The notes below the pieces were generated by a model that was not told the origin of the DNA, searched no databases, and was given only the letters and a program-made list of their open reading frames with translations. Both the position numbers and the translations under genes were made by a program. A stretch of DNA of 64,000 nucleotides from assembly GCA_951406725.2 (NCBI GenBank), contig OX597817.1, positions 47,864,001 through 47,928,000 of the forward strand, given 5' to 3'. The DNA is from Octopus vulgaris (lineage: Eukaryota). Below are positions 24,027-36,792 of this stretch, one piece after another; positions within the stretch are counted from its first letter, which is position 1; every line of letters starts with the position of its first letter.

Positions 24027-24067
<41 letters not shown>

Positions 24068-24711
24068 AAAATTTTGTTACATGCTTTAGATCCATACAAA
24101 AAAATCTGGACAACTATGGCTTCGTAGCTAACAATTTTCCTATCGTTTATACGATGTTGTCTCTTGAATACTCGTATCCATGAATGATCAACGGCTACTC
24201 CAGCAAAACAAAGTCTGTACGGGATTTCACAATCGCCATCAGTACTACAAGGTGGACGGTTTCTGAGATATGGAAAGTGATTTGATATTTTTGAAATCTG
24301 CTCCTTTCAATTAACCCTGAACACACATAAAGGACATTGTACAGAAATCAAAAGGACACATAATCATGCTTGGAACGCTCAAAAACGCGACATTTGGTCT
24401 GTTCGAAAACATAAACGAGAACATTACATTATATTGATTTCAAATTAATATTTGTGATCGATATTTCGATTGATTTCTAATTACCATTTCGAAATAATTT
24501 TTAATATTGATTAAATATTAGATGTATTGAAAAAATGTAATTGCATTTATTGTAAAATGTAATTACGAATATTGGAATAACAAATAAATACGTCAAATAT
24601 CGATTTGAAACACGATGCAACAATTTTAGCTTCGGGGTAGTTTAGTCAAATAAATCAACCACAGTATGTGACTATTTCTCTCTCTCGCCTCTCAGTCTCT
24701 CTTTCTCACTG

Positions 24712-24797
<86 letters not shown>

Positions 24798-25476
24798 CCA
24801 ACTTAACCTTTATATATGTATATATATATATATATGGAGGAATACAATTGGACAAGAACGCAAAACATCCAGACAGCTAGATTATATAAAAAAGGGACAA
24901 GAAAAACACGGACTGGTCATTCGAAGTTTTCTTTCCTCAGTTGAGTTCCAGATTATCTTTGCAATTTCGGCTGGTTATACTCGAGATTGCTCCAATCTGG
25001 ATAGCCCTAAGGAAAAACTAAGCTAAGAGCACTAGATTCCTTGGAAGTGAGCAGCGAATGTATACGAAAATAAGGACGGGAAAAAATGGAGAAATGGTAC
25101 ACAAATACAAATGCAAATAACAGGACATAACAACAGGTGTCTTTCGACGAAGGACGAATTAAATTAAGGTGGCGTGTGTGGAAATTAAGCCTTACGGCAG
25201 GGACATAACAGTTGACAGGCATGGTGAGGAATATAGATGTTGCACGGATGGTAGTCGAACCAAGAAAGAAAGGTCAGGCTTGGTCGAACACTGGTCACGT
25301 GGAGAGAGAGGAGAGAGGTAGAGGCAGAGGGATAGAAGAATTAAGGAGGGACGAGAAAAAAAAAAGAAAACTGACAGAGTGAAGAGAAAGAGGAGGGAAG
25401 GTGAGAATGAAGAGAAAGCCAGGAAATGTGAGAGAGGGGGAACGAAAGAAAGAAGAGTGGAAAGAACGAAGTAAGA

Positions 25477-25513
<37 letters not shown>

Positions 25514-26459
25514 CACACACACACATATTCACAAACTGTCACCAATATACAGAGAGTCAATAGCCGAGACTAGAGTATTTACATGGGAGAGTTAAACATT
25601 GAGGTGTAAACATTGAAAATCTTTTGCTTTGGGTATGCCGAACAATTGCTCACAACTGTTTTTTCTTTCTTTTTTGTAACCCAAACCTAACCTGCTGTTT
25701 GGAGGTGTAAGAATGTAACAGCAATATCATCAGAATCCTAAACACTCACTACCGAGGTATTGAACCCCAAATCGTTGTGTTCAGATATGAAATTAATTAC
25801 AAACACCAAAACAGGATCTGGTCAGGGACTGATGACGTCAGCAAGCAACTAAACATCTAGCTCCCTGGTAAACATATTAAAAGCTTGTTTTTATCAGTAG
25901 CTAGGCTGACCGTCGAAGTTGTTGTAAGCAATCTAACTATATTTGGGATAAACAACATATTAGAATAATATCATTAACGATTTTGTCTTTGGTACCTTTT
26001 CTTTGGCAGCCCATTGGATATATAGTGTTGGTTTACATGGTCGCAATACAACTAATACCAGTTGCTGCAGGAACTTACACTACTCACTACTAATACTACA
26101 ATCCACTATCATTGTTGATACACATATCTCCCACGGACACACACGAACTGACTCACTTGGTGTAAATATCTTTTTCTTTGTTGCCGTCGCAACGACAACA
26201 TTTTTGTTAACGATTAATAAATATCTGTTTAATTGGTTGTTACACAATTTTGTTCTTTTGTCAACCATCCAAATATTTTGTCTACAAAAACAAGCCAAAG
26301 ACCGTCTTCTGCTCATTTCCTCTTTATTTATTATTTTATTGATTAGTTTAGAGGAAGGGGCTGTGTCCATAGCTTAAGCAATTCACCCGGAACTTTTGAG
26401 ATCGAGGCAATTAACGTTTCTCTTGAATAGTTGAAGCTGATGAATACAAGAAAAATCAT

Positions 26460-26630
26460 GGGTAGAGAACAAGCTGTCCCACGTGATCCTATTTACTCTG
26501 ACTGGTTATATCCGTTGCAAGTTGGCATAATTGAGTAGGAGACAAATTGCACCAATACCAACCAATCAGAGTAGTGGACACAACGTGGTCCAAATAGCAG
26601 CCAAAGGCTAGCTGTTCCTGGGGGGAGGGG

Positions 26631-26694
<64 letters not shown>

Positions 26695-27065
26695 ATGTAT
26701 GTGTAGGTATGTGTGTGTGTGTGCGCACATGTACGGATATAATCTACGTGATGAGAGTAAAGACAAATGAGTCGGAAGTACCTGAGTGAAAGAAGTACGG
26801 GACCATCTAGCTTTAAGGAGCAGACGCCATTGTATTAGTGTAGCGTTGACTCGGGTGAAATTTCTCTTTCCCATTTATCTTATATACGCGCATTCGAACG
26901 TAGCAAGGAACAGCTAGCCTTTGGCTGCTATTTGGACCACGTTGTGTCCACTACTCTGATTGGTTGGTATTGGTGCAATTTGTCTCCTACTCAATTATGC
27001 CAACTTGCAACGGATATAACCAGTCAGAGTAAATAGGATCACGTGGTACAGCTTGTTCATTACCC
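26460..27065. mobile_element. Fold-back element with ~160-bp near-perfect TIRs
   Basis: 26460-26619 is the reverse complement of 26906-27065; internal (GT)n; no convincing TSD. Confidence 0.85.
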
Positions 27066-27230
27066 TGTTTTCGCCTACAGCTCCTTGTAAAAACTCAGCT
27101 TTTCTTCGTTCCAAGGTCTTTGGTTCCAGATCTTTTAAGGTCTAGCCACTGAACACAAACATTCAGCCAGTTCCATCGACAATGCCAGACAGCACCTCTA
27201 CCACAGTGGCTACGTTGAGTGAGACTTGCC

Positions 27231-27999
27231 TATTTCTTTACTACCCACAAGGGGCTAAACACAGAGAGGACAAACAAGGACAGACAAACGGATTAAGTCG
27301 ATAATATCGATCCCAGTGCGTAACTGGTACTTACTTAATCGACCCCGAAAGGATGAAAGGCAAAGTCGACCTCGGCGGAATTTGAACTCAGAACATAGCG
27401 GCAGACGAAATACCTATTTCTTTACTACCTACAAGGGGCTAAACACAGAGAGGACAAACAAGGACAGACAAACGGATTAAGTCGATAATATCGACCTCAG
27501 TGCGTAACTGGTACATATTTAATCGACCCCGAAAGGATGAAAGGCAAAGTCGACCTCGGCGGAATTTGAACTCAGAACATAGCGGCAGACGAAATACCTA
27601 TTTCTTTACTACCCACAAGGGGCTAAACACAGAGGGGACAAACAAGGACAGATAAACGGATTAAGTTGATAATATCGACTACAGTGCGTAACTGGTACTT
27701 ATTTAATCGACCCTGAAAGGATGAAAAGCAAAGTCGACCTCAGCGGAATTTGAACTCAGAACATAGCGGCAGACGAAATACATATTTCTTTACTACCTAC
27801 AAGGGGCTAAACACAGAGAGGACAAACAAGGACAGACAAACGGATTAAGTCGATAATATCGACCTCAGTGCGTAACTGGTACATATTTAATCGACCCCGA
27901 AAGGATGAAAGGCAAAGTCGATCTCGGCGGAATTTGAACTCAGAACGTACCGCTAAGTATTTCACCCGGCGTGCTAGCGTTTCTGCCAGCTCGCCGCCT
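27231..27999 (-). mobile_element. SINE family B: four tandem ~184-bp bodies with one head
   Basis: Repeated junction gcagacgaaatac(c)tatttctttactac at about 27413, 27597 and 27781. Confidence 0.9.
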
Positions 28000-28782
28000 T
28001 CGTTGAGACTTACTAACTTCATCCAACAGCATTGCGACAACCTCCTTCTTTGTCGCCATCATGTCCTTAACGTCAACATCATCTCACTTCGTACACAGCT
28101 CAGCAAGCAATTCTCTCAGGTTCCAACAGTTCACTATTCGTGAATTATTTCACTTCGGATCAACAGCGAATATACAACCTGCATGAACTCCTCTACACGT
28201 TACCCAGGCAGCAGCATCACAACCACGACTTCACGTACATATACCTGTAACCAGCTAAGCATCATGGCCGCAACTTCTTGACACAGTATTTCAACTATCG
28301 TGTACGATTGACTACGAACTGGTATTATTATCTTTAAAGGTGGCGAACTGGCAGAAACGTTAGCATGCTGGACGAAATGCTTAGTGGTCACGATCGGAAT
28401 GTCTTTGATCATAGGTCGTCTGATTAGGCCTGACTTAGTGCTAAGCAACAACAAACTGTATTATCATGGGCCAACGAGTAAGACTGCTTTATGAAGTCTG
28501 CTCAGCGCAGTTGTTTTGAGGTATTCAATCATAACTCGTTATACTCTTGGTTCAAATTCCACCGAAGTCAGCTTTGTCATTCATTCTCTCAGGGTCTTTA
28601 AATAAAGTACTAGTCAAGTAACTGATTAACTCCCACCTTCCCAAAATTTCAGACCTTGTGCTCACATTAGAAGCAAATCGACTAATCCATCCTGCTAAAT
28701 TTGAGCTTAGAGTACAAAAGATTATTAAAGCAGTAAATTGGTTGACTCGATAGAATGACGGGCCCTGGAGTCTACAAAGCAT

Positions 28783-29190
28783 GGATCTTTTCGGTTTGAT
28801 CGGCAGTTTTTTAAAATAATTTCCACGCAACTAAACACTTTTAAACTTTGTATACCGGTAGAATGTGTTTATAATACATCTTTTTCTCTTGGCTTTATTG
28901 AGAAAATTCTATAGTTTGTAAGATATTTGTTGTTCTTTTTTCTTCAATTTCTGCAATTGCAACCAATCAATGACGTCTATTGAGGTAAAAAACATTCTGT
29001 GCCGTATGAATATGTCCCTCATTTAAGAAACAGATTGGATTTATTTACATTTGGGGAAAAAGATACCCTTCCCCCACCCCTAACCCTAAAACAGATTGAA
29101 ATGCAATAGATCGATACCATGCTCATAATTTTGGGTGACAATTTCATATGACACCGCTAGAAAAAACTGCCGTTCAAACCGAAAAGATCC
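28783..29190. mobile_element. MITE with GGATCTTTTCGGTTTGA TIRs
   Basis: ggatcttttcggtttgatcggcagttttt / aaaaactgccgttcaaaccgaaaagatcc. Confidence 0.85.
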
Positions 29191-29599
29191 GACGTACTGC
29201 ATATTATTACTCCCGATGTCGACTTTGCTTGTCATCCTTTCGGGGGTCGATAAATTAAGTACCAGTTACGCACTGGAGTCGATATAATCGACTTAATCTA
29301 TTTGTCTGTCCTTGTTTGTCCCACCTGTATTTAGCCCCCTGTGGGCAATAAAGAAATAAAATAAATTATTATTATTACTTCATCGAAGACGAACCTTTTT
29401 GATCACCATTTCTCCTTCTTCGTCGGTTAATCTCCCTTTAGATTTCTCTAACTGCACAGTTAGACTTTCATACCGTAAAAATAGTTCTATTTAAAAGCCG
29501 TTACGTGAAGACATTGCAACACGAAATATTATAATATTGACCTTGTAAAGCATACAGTATTTTATATGAAATTAGGAAATAAAATATCGAAGTCGTGCA

Positions 29600-29915
29600 T
29601 AAATTTAGTAAAAATCACTAATTAAATCGAACTTTAATTGAAGTTAGTACGTCAATAAGCGGAGTTGACGGAAATATCCGAACTGTCGGCACGTAGAACG
29701 CAATAAGACAGACGGAGATAGTTCAGTTCAGCGAGCACGTGTTGTTGCGGCAAGTTGTTCTACCGCCTTCTCTCGTCAATCACTCCACCCTTTCTCGCCA
29801 CTTTCTTTCAGTTGTCTGCTCTCTGCCCAGCTTAGCAGTCTCGTACCATCTTGTCTGCAATTTAATTCATCTTTATTGTTCTTTATTTACCCCCCTGTTG
29901 TAACTTTTTGCCAAA
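29600..29915 (+). promoter_or_regulatory. Probable TKT promoter and 5' UTR
   Basis: Repeat-free, CpG-retaining stretch just upstream of the ATG; TCAGTT initiator-like motifs near 29723 and 29808; pyrimidine-rich leader; CAAAATG start context. TSS not determinable. Confidence 0.55.
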
Positions 29916-30025
29916 ATGCCTGCTGATTATCATCGTCCCGATGCCAAAATTGTGTCCGAATTAAAGGACATAGCTAATAAATTACGTATACACAGCATTA
30001 AAGCCACTGACGCCAGCAATTCAGG
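29916..30025 (+). CDS. TKT: Transketolase coding exon 1
   Basis: MPADYHRPDAKIVSELKDIANKLRIHSIKATDASNSG, similar to the animal TKT N-terminus; donor GG|GTAAG, phase 2. Confidence 0.93.
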
Positions 30026-32732
30026 GTAAGATATATATAAATATACATATATATATATGTGTGTGTGTGTGCGCGTGTATATCTATATCTATACACACAT
30101 ACACACAGTCTGTTTAACCTGTTAATGTTACTCTTTTAAGTCTTTTTCTAAGCAATTATGTTTCAAAAATTGTATTGTTTTTGGTCATGCAGTTGTAACG
30201 TCTGACATTTAAATTTATTCAGTGTTAATAATGTAAAAGAATGTATGCCACAGCCTCACATCCTGTAAATTAATGCACTCATTTCTCAGGAACTCAAATA
30301 TTGACTTGCATTTTCGCGCGATTTAATATTTACGTTATTTTTAGTTCGTTAGTAAAAATTGAGGCTTTATTACCAAGGAAAAAAAAAAGATGCGATTTAA
30401 GTTTAACTCTAAATTATATATTTTGAACGTTTGTGTTAATTTTTGTAGTGATTTTAAAAATTTAGATGATTTATTTCATTTAATGTTTTTAAACCTCATT
30501 TATACATTTGGTGATGTTTGTAGCTAAGCGAAATAGGCGGATATTTTAATTAAATATGAATTGTTTACTGTGAAATACAACAGAGACGTAATTAAACTTT
30601 GGTTACAATGGTTCACTTATTTTAAAATCGTTTCGAATGTGGTAAGATGAGTGATAGATCCAAATTTTAAAGTAGTTTGTCTTTACTGCGTTATGAATAT
30701 GCTTTCGCAGTTGCTAAAATAAGCGCCGGTAAATATACTGGGGCGATTTTGGAGAAAAGCGTACCATTTACATTTACGCCAGCTTAAATTTCCTTTCAGT
30801 TTCATAACTGAACAATAGAACAGTGTCGTCGTAAGGTATAGGGCATACTGAGCAGTTTCCCCGATGCCTCACAGTCTAGGGGTCCAATTCTAATCTGTAT
30901 AGCCTATGGTTTGCTGTCTATAAATAAATACGGTTAATAACACTATTCGGCTCGTACGTTGATTTTCCCTGTAATGCTGCTTCGATGTTATAGAAATGAA
31001 AATTTTAAACAAATGAAGCACATTATTTATGTAGAAAGAAAAATTGGTCTTCCTTGTACCAAGGAGATGGAGAAGGGAAAATGAATAAGTGCCAGGAAAG
31101 TTGTTACCAGTGCCGATCCAATATCATGCTCGTGTATAATTTACCACAAATACAAAGTACTTTTATTGACAGAGTTCTGTTTGGTGTAGCAAAAGTGAAA
31201 GGTAAGAAAATAACGAAGAGTCGATATCTACTACTCTAGCAAAAATGCTATACTCAGGACAGTCTGAGATTGAATAAATGTGATCTAACTTAATTTCACA
31301 AAACTAGCCAGGTACTACTAGCCAACCCTCGAAATCGCAATTCTTAGACGGATAAATTCAATATAAGGAAATCTTTTTTTCTTATTCATATTTAATATTT
31401 ATCAACCCTGTTTTTAAAACAGTTTCATTGCTGTTGTTTGTACGAGTGTTTTCATGCATAGTTCGGGACGGAATTTTTAACATGTCCTTTTTTATGTTGT
31501 GATCGGATATATATCAACCGCTACTGTCTGTTTTGTATGAAACATTATATTCCTAAAATAGTGCACTGACGCATTTTAGTCTCGATCTCTATAATAAATT
31601 ATTCTAATGTCTAGGATTATAACTTTACGTAACGACTATCAAACCACGTGCTACCGCCTACATATTTTTTTTTCTCAGGTATAAAAATTAGATTTAAATC
31701 CATAAATGCACAATTTCGTGACATAATTCGTTCAATAATTTGAACCTGGATGTGAGCTTCAGAAATTATTATTAAGTACTAATAATGTACGTTTGCATTT
31801 CTTTGTCTTACTTTGGCTGTGTGTGTTAACCCTTGCATACTATCGCCCTGACAGTAGACGGGTTTACCTAGAAAAGTTTACCTGTGTTCATAACTTTTGT
31901 AGGTGATTGTTTTCGTTTTAACTTGCAATAGCTGTCGTTCAAAATCCCCCTTTGGCAACCGGATATTTAAGATAATTGTACATATAACTGTTTCTGTACT
32001 TGTTATCCTATACTCTTGTTGTAATCATCAGCAACTGCTGCCGAGCAAATCGTGCATGAGTGTTTAATACATAGAGAATGAAAAAAAACTTTTGGGTCAC
32101 TCAGCCACCCCTCTAATTTTCCCCTATTAAATTACATAATCTGTATCAACAAGATTTAGCACGTGGTTGCTGGACTCAACAGCTAATTTTGAAATCGTGC
32201 TAAACTTTTGTACAGTCGCCTATCTATTTCTAAAATTGTGAATGAAGACAACGGAGTTGATTGAACCAACTCAAAGATCCTCAAGTCGGTGTGTGTTGGA
32301 ATCAAATCTGGGACCTTTTGGTTCCGTATAAAATTTAATACTTATTCGAACTTCATGGATGTTATCTAGACCCAACTGCTACAAATCTGGCGCGGGTAAC
32401 GTGCACAAAAACATGTGTTATGTTCCCTCATAATCAAACAATCACTTGCTGCACAACAGTTGCAATTTTCGTTTCGCTTCCCATATATTTTTTTGTTGTT
32501 TGAAGCACGCGGGATTTTAAGATCTGGGAGAATTATCGTTTGTGATCTAAGATGATTGTATATTAATCTAGACTCTTCTGAAAAAACAAAACGGAATGTT
32601 AATGCCTACGTAATTAAAATAGCATTCATTGAAAGAATTTATTGGAAATGTATTAAATTGAAGTTTGATCTAGCTTCGATGATGGAAAGTAGGGTTATGC
32701 AGAGGACTACCAACCCCTTACTGCTCACCTCT

Positions 32733-32963
32733 GGGTACTACTTGAGAACAGTGGTCTCGATGCGCGCACTCGCGTAGTCGCGCATCCGCGCTAGCTAGTC
32801 ATGAATACTTGATCCTTACCTTGTGTTTTTTATTTACTTTATTTAACAAAAATTATTTACTTTGCTAGGTAGTCGTTGTAGGATCGACTCGTCACGACTA
32901 GCTAGCGCGGATGCGCGACTACGCGAGTGCGCGCACCGGGACCACTGTTCTCAAGTAGTGCCC
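32733..32963. mobile_element. CpG-rich fold-back element with 72-84 bp TIRs and ~40-bp flanking direct repeats
   Basis: gggtactacttgagaacagtggtc..gcgcgcactcgcgtagtcgcgcatccgcgctagctagtc mirrored at the right end; direct repeats at 32693-32733 and 32964-33004. Confidence 0.85.
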
Positions 32964-33328
32964 GGTTATGGCAGAAGACTACCAATCCCTACTGCTCAGC
33001 TCTGTTAGGTGGGGTTGTTAAAACCTTCCAATCCCGCCTAAATGCAACATTAGCCTTAGAATTTAGCGAACCCAGAATTTCTGTAATCCATTTCTTTCGC
33101 GGGCTTTTTTGAAGTTGAGACCACGTGAAACAGTTCGAAGTTCTTGAATAATTGCATATTATCATTGCTGTTCGTCTTCTTTTGAAAAATTAAGTTAATT
33201 TCGTAACCGGGGAATATCTCTACTTTTAACTTCGATATTATTTTGGCGGCGTTTTTGGATGGATGTTGTGATCTGGCTCTGTGTGTGTGTGTGCGTACGC
33301 GCACAGTCACACAAAGCATCTGGTTGCG

Positions 33329-33662
33329 GAGTTTGTAACCAAAATATCGCGGCTGTGATTGTTTAGTAGTGTTTGTAAGAAATATTGCGGCTGTGATTGT
33401 TTAGTAGAGGAGTTTGTAAGAAATATTGCGGCTGTGATTGTTTAGCTGAGGTGTTTGTAACCAAAATATCCCGGCTGTGATTGTTTAGCAGAGGAGTTTG
33501 TAACCAAAATATCCCGTCTGTGATTGTTTAGAGGTGTTTGTAACCAAAATATCCCGGCTGTGATTGTTTAGTAGACGAGTTTGTAACCAAAATATCCCGT
33601 CTGTGATCGTTTAGTAGAGGTGTTTGTAACCAAAATATCCCGACTGTAATTGTTTAGTAGAG
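33329..33662. repeat. ~40-43-bp minisatellite, about 8 units
   Basis: Unit gagtttgtaaccaaaatatcccggctgtgattgtttagtagag. Confidence 0.92.
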
Positions 33663-34487
33663 GCTGGCTTTGCAGGTGAGAATGAGATCAAGGTTATTTG
33701 GAGTGCTTGAGAGTTGGTCAGTATAGAAGATGAAATTGTTGTGCAGAAATTGAGTATTGTGAAGTTCTTTGGTTCCTGATCTTGTAGCATGGGTATGGAA
33801 TAATAGTGAGAACCAAGGTGATTTGTGAGCATTGGAGGATAGAGACTTTGACCCGAGTAATTAAAGCCCTTGCAGACTCTACCTTTTAGAGCAAAGTTTG
33901 AGTATGTGTAGTACAGCTTGGATGGAAGATGAACTATATAGATAAGAGGATAAGGGGCGAGAGATTTGAGGTATGTGTGTGTATGTATGTGTATTTTTTC
34001 ACTAGTTTCAGTCATTGGATTGCAGTTCTGCTGTTAGTGCTGCCTCCAAACGTTTTAGTGTCAAGTATCATATTAACCCTAGTGGCTTTTTCATTCAATC
34101 TGCTATGTATTCATCAAACGATTGTGCAGACACACACACACACACATGTTCATGCGCTTATATCAAGGGCTTATGCAGTTTCTGATTGCCTAATTCCACC
34201 CACACGCCTTAGTCAACCAAGCTGTTAGAGAATTCAAACTCTCAAGGCATTGTGCATTGGAATCAAATCTGGGATTTTTTGGTTACAAACTCCTCACACA
34301 CACATTTATAGTTGTTGCAAAGACTATTTGAAGAAAGATTTTCTTTAATATTAAAAAAATACGTAAAAATCTAACAAGTAAAAATATATAATATATGTGT
34401 GTATATATATATATGTGTATATATATATATGTGTATATATATGTATATATATATATATATTATATCATCATTTTTTATATATATAAA

Positions 34488-34786
34488 GTGGAGGTGCAAT
34501 GGCCCAGTGGTAAGGGCAGCGGACTCACGGTTGTAGGATCGCAGTTTCGATTCCCAGACTGGGCGCTGTGAGTGTTTATTGAGCAAAAACACCTAAAGCT
34601 CCATGAGGCTCCGGCAGGGGAAGGTGGCGATCGCTGCTGTACTCTTTCGTCACAACTTTCTCCCACTCTTTCTTCTGTTGGCCTGCTCGCTTAGCCAGCG
34701 GGGTGGCGTCATTTGAAGGCTAAAACAATGCGAAGTGCATTGTGACCAGCGATGTGTAGCAGCATCTGATAGCCTGGTCAGTTACG

Positions 34787-34792
<6 letters not shown>
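34488..34792 (+). mobile_element. SINE family C (tail type 2, RTE-derived)
   Basis: Same head and body as 2134-2522 up to about 34679, then a different tail; 34732-34792 aligns to 58291-58351. Confidence 0.85.
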
Positions 34793-34847
<55 letters not shown>

Positions 34848-35718
34848 ATGATGATACAGACATGTGCACGCACATGATAGGTTTCCACAGTTTCCATCAA
34901 CTAGATTCACTTGAATTTTCTTTTAAAGTGCATTTTTTATGCCATTAAATACAGTAACAAATGATGGGAGGTTTTAGCTAAAAAACAAATTTGTATTGTA
35001 GAACCAGTGACTGATTCAGTCAGGTTGGTATGAAATTGGTGAACACAATGGCCTCCTTCGTGCTTTTGTATGTTTTACAAACATTAAAATATCACAAGTT
35101 CTACATATGACAATAAAACAAATGTGTGTGACAGTTTCTATTTTTTTCCTTTTGGCAACCGATGCCTGGTATATTTGTCATTGAATATGAATATTCTTGC
35201 TTTTGTAGCTGCTGGTATGGATGTGAGGGTTAAGAGGCTCTCTTTGCAACCACCTGGTTCCAAGTTCAGTTCTACTGCATGGTACCTTGAGCAAATGTCT
35301 TCTGCTTTAGCCTAGGGCTAACCCAGTGCCTTGTGAGTGAATTTTGGTAGATGATTGTCACCCATTCCCACTACTTGACAACCAATGTTAGTTTATGTCC
35401 CTGCAATGAGTCTGTGTAGGCATAGTATTTGGAGGGGACAAACACACACATACATATATACGACGGGCTTCTTTCATTTTCCGTCTACCAAATTCACTCA
35501 CAATGCTTTGGTCGGCCCGAGGCTATAGTAGAAGACACTTGCCCAAGGTGCCATGCAGTGGGACTGAACCCAGATCCATGTGGTTGGTAAGCAAGTTACT
35601 TACCACACAGTCACTCCTATGCTTGTATATTTTTTTACAAAGTTATTTTTATAATTTACTTATATTTATTTTATTATAAATGCAAAAGAACACCACGGAG
35701 GAATTGACATAAGCTTAA

Positions 35719-36792
35719 CCCTTTCGTTACCAAACCGCCCAAAGCCGCCCGAAAAAAATTTTGGTTAATGTGACCAAACCCACCCTTATTTACCTATTCA
35801 TATTTAAATGAGAATATCACAGTAAATCTCTTTAGTACATTCGTGAAAACACGTATTATACTTCGTAAACAGTTCAACTACAGTTTTGTACAACAATCAA
35901 AGTGTAATTTTAATTCCGTGAATTTTGGGAGATTTTTTTCTGAAATTTGTTCCTATTGTGTTTTCAAAATTTGTAATTCTGACAAAAAATGGATACGAAT
36001 TTCATTATATCAAGCAGCGAGTCAGAATTCGAAGGATTTTCTACTGAAGACCTTCATAAATCTAACTCTATGACTGAAAAAAAAAGTACGTGGTATTTGA
36101 TAATGAATCTGATGTTTCATTTTCTGAAAGTGAAAACAGTGAATCCGAGAGCTCCGACAGCAATAAAGAAAATGAATTGGCACCCGAATGGAGTGAAAAT
36201 TTTAAAACTGTTTCTTTTGGTGATTTTTTTGAAGAAACTGGACCAAGCCACAGACTTTCCCAGGAGAATAAAGCCTTAGACTATTTCTTTTTACTTTTTC
36301 GAATGAGCCTATTTGAAATCATTACGGCGGAAACGAACCGTTACGCTGAATGTAAACAAAGCGAAAGAAAGGATAGTTTGTGGTTTCCCACAACCTTAAA
36401 TGAAATTAAGACTATTTTGCCATAAATATTATTATGGGTATCAGAAAGTTACCCAGAATAACAAATTCTATCGTAAAATTTTCTTGTATACCCAATTGAA
36501 TATTAGCTAATAACCCATTTTCTATATTGATGTTTGAACAAAATTTTAATAATTTTATATTTTGTTGAATTTACCTGTATCTATCTGCAATTAGTCACTT
36601 TGTGACAAAAATTATAGTATAGAATTGGTTGAGAATATTTCATTAAATTATCTTCCAAAAATCAGATTAATATATTGATAAATAAAAAAGTTATAGTTGT
36701 TTAATGAAACCAGACTAAATTTATGATTACGTTAGAAATTAATTGAAACACATAAGGGGTGTATTTTGGTCAGAAATATAGTAACGAAAGGG
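35719..36792 (+). mobile_element. Internally deleted piggyBac transposon
   Basis: TTAA|CCCTTTCGTTAC ... GTAACGAAAGGG|TTAA; acidic N-terminus and ALDYFFLLF..SLFEII.AETNRYA...WFPTT.NEIK (PGBD-like). Confidence 0.93.

Noticed and set aside
29078-29088. CCCTAACCCTAA telomere-like motif
   Set aside because: Only two units, internal to a MITE.
33660-33960. Possible GIY-YIG (Penelope) remnant on the minus strand (CKGFNYSGQS), and a similar hint at 1030-1230
   Set aside because: Too degenerate to support without a profile search.
34488-34560. tRNA-like sequences at the heads of SINEs A, B, C and E
   Set aside because: A and B boxes are present, but cloverleafs are incomplete and run into multicopy SINE bodies.
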